Shown here: positions 62,288 through 64,000 of the stretch, piece after piece | Layout of the letters: every line of letters begins with the position of its first letter | Numbering within the stretch: position 1 is the first letter of the stretch | Assembly (NCBI RefSeq): GCF_030144855.1 | Contig: NC_082715.1 | Span: 146,382,001-146,446,000 of the forward strand | Length of the DNA stretch: 64,000 bases | DNA from: Hypanus sabinus | Taxonomy: Eukaryota | Reading direction: 5' to 3' | The notes under the pieces: model-generated | Told to the model about the DNA's origin: nothing | Databases searched by the model: none | The model's input: only the letters and a program-made list of their open reading frames with translations | Program-made: the position numbers and the translations under genes

Positions 62288-63634
62288 ACATTTTCACTTT
62301 GTAAATGTAACCCGGATTCTTTTGCTACTAAAAATAAAAATATATTGTTCTTGCGTGTCAGCGGTTGAATTAAACCAGCGGAGGGGCAGCTGATATCGTG
62401 CTCTGACTGTATTGGTTATGAACCATAAAACTGGGAAGAGGAATAGAGCATTTTGTTCCTCCAACGCATCCAGATATTCATCAAGTACTGGTTGATATTA
62501 GATCTCAGCAACATGTTCCTGCCCTTTTCCTTAATATTGAGAAATCTGTTATCTGGTGAATGAATTTAATGAAGCTGGCTGGCGAGTAACACCATGGTCA
62601 GCACATTGAGTGCGTGTGGTTGAGTGGGGTGCAGGCTGTGCGAAGCTGCCGTTTCTGGGAACATGACGGAACGCCCCTGAGGCAGAATTCCTGCAGAAGG
62701 CGTTTTTCACATCTGTTCCTAGATGCAAACGCCTGATCTGAGACTACAGCAATGGTTATGGACTCCTCATCTAGGAAAAAAAAATCTTCTGTTCATTGAG
62801 TATGTTAAGATCTGTAAGAATATTAATTTTCATCGAGAGTTGCACACATTCTCGTAAATATCTAGAGAAAAGAGGGCCAGACTGCGCAATTTCTTCACAC
62901 ATGTTGACTCTGCAACTAATCTATCACTACCTGATGAAATCCCTCAATGTTTCTGACGAGATCTCCATCCCTGCATTGGGCCAGATGTCCTAATCCTTGG
63001 CCTATGTCTTTTGGTCTTTTTAAGCAGCCAAGGCGGGACCACGCAATGACATCACCATCCGTGTACGTAAATTCTCTCAGGAGAAAGGGTTAAATAACAT
63101 TTGTCTTCCCTGTGGTCTGTTGTTCTGGCGTTTCAGCTTTCAGGAAGCCGACGGCCAGTTATCTTTAATACATTACCGAATGCCCCGCCATTAAAGTAAT
63201 TGACACCTTTGTAAGGTATATTAAAATTGGAGCATGATATTAAAGACTTAAACTAACGTTTTGATTAAAATTAGTTCCTGAAACAACAAAGAATCGAATA
63301 ATTAAAATAATAAATTAAAATAAACCATATTTGAACAGTTTATATTTCTCTTTATACAAATCATGTTTTCCCTACAACCCACAAACAATGGTGCCTCCAA
63401 TGTTTTGAACAGGTGAATCTGGCCCAGGATACAAGGCACAATCTAGTGTAATGGTGGGCGACGTCCTTTCGGTTCTGCTGCAGGTTCTTGCTGCTCTGTA
63501 TTTTAGTTCAATAGAAAGTGTAAATGCTTGAAGTATAGAGGATAGGGAGGCCACAGAGAACAAAGTAAATGTCCGGAGAGGATGAAGAGAAAACGAATGG
63601 CACACCTCATCAATAGAAAGGTGGTGAATCACAG

Positions 63635-63913
63635 TTTTTTATTTATTCAGAGATACAGCACGGAACAGGCGCTTCCGCTCCAATGAGCCACACCGTCGAG
63701 CAGCCTACCTGTTTAAAACTAGCCTAAACCCGGGAAAATTTACGATGATCAATTAATCTAGTAACGGGACCGTTTTTGAACTGTGGGTGGAAACCGGAGC
63801 ACCAAGAAGAACCCCACGCAGTTCACGGGAAGAAGGAACAAACTCCTGCACGCAACGCCAAAAGTGAAGCCCGAACTATTGTTGTAGTGTTGCGCTAACC
63901 GTTATGCTAACCC
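63635..63913 (-). mobile_element. V-SINE, U4 copy
   Basis: Paralogous to 17945-18220. Confidence 0.72.
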
Positions 63914-64000
63914 GATGCCCGGGAGCCACAGGCAAGGAAAGGTATAAGTGAATACAAGTGCTTAGATTCTGCAAGGTCACGGGGATACATAAGAATTCCT

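Noticed and set aside
1-64000. Units as a pure assembly artefact (haplotypes placed in tandem)
   Set aside because: Copies differ by many substitutions (about 8% in the leader intron), independent insertions with TSDs and kb-scale deletions, more than expected for alleles. Not fully excludable without reads.

Overview
Vertebrate DNA, inferred to be from a cartilaginous fish (probably a batoid) from its Ig sequences and repeat families. The window is a tandem array of four immunoglobulin light-chain cluster units (U1-U4), all on the minus strand. Each is built as leader / germline-joined VJ / C, most similar to the chondrichthyan lambda (type II/NS3) isotype. U1 (C 619-941, VJ 4932-5279, leader 5405-5453) and U3 (C 27565-27887, VJ 31484-31831, leader 31956-32004) are intact 239-aa genes with octamer promoters and no RSS. 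U2 is an orphan C exon clipped at both ends whose VJ was deleted. U4 has a frameshifted C and a VJ that lost FR1, leader and promoter. Shared insertions show that U1 pairs with U3 and U2 with U4, i.e. a two-unit block was duplicated. Every unit also carries, on the opposite strand upstream of the IgL promoter position, a decayed C1-set exon of a different light-chain-like lineage, with its own acceptor and AATAAA. The rest is retroelement DNA: CR1, RTE, two 5'-inverted L1 copies with TSDs, Penelope-like fragments with hammerhead motifs, and V-SINEs, plus one 136-N gap. All comparisons were made by eye; isotype and repeat-family names come from recalled similarity and need database confirmation.
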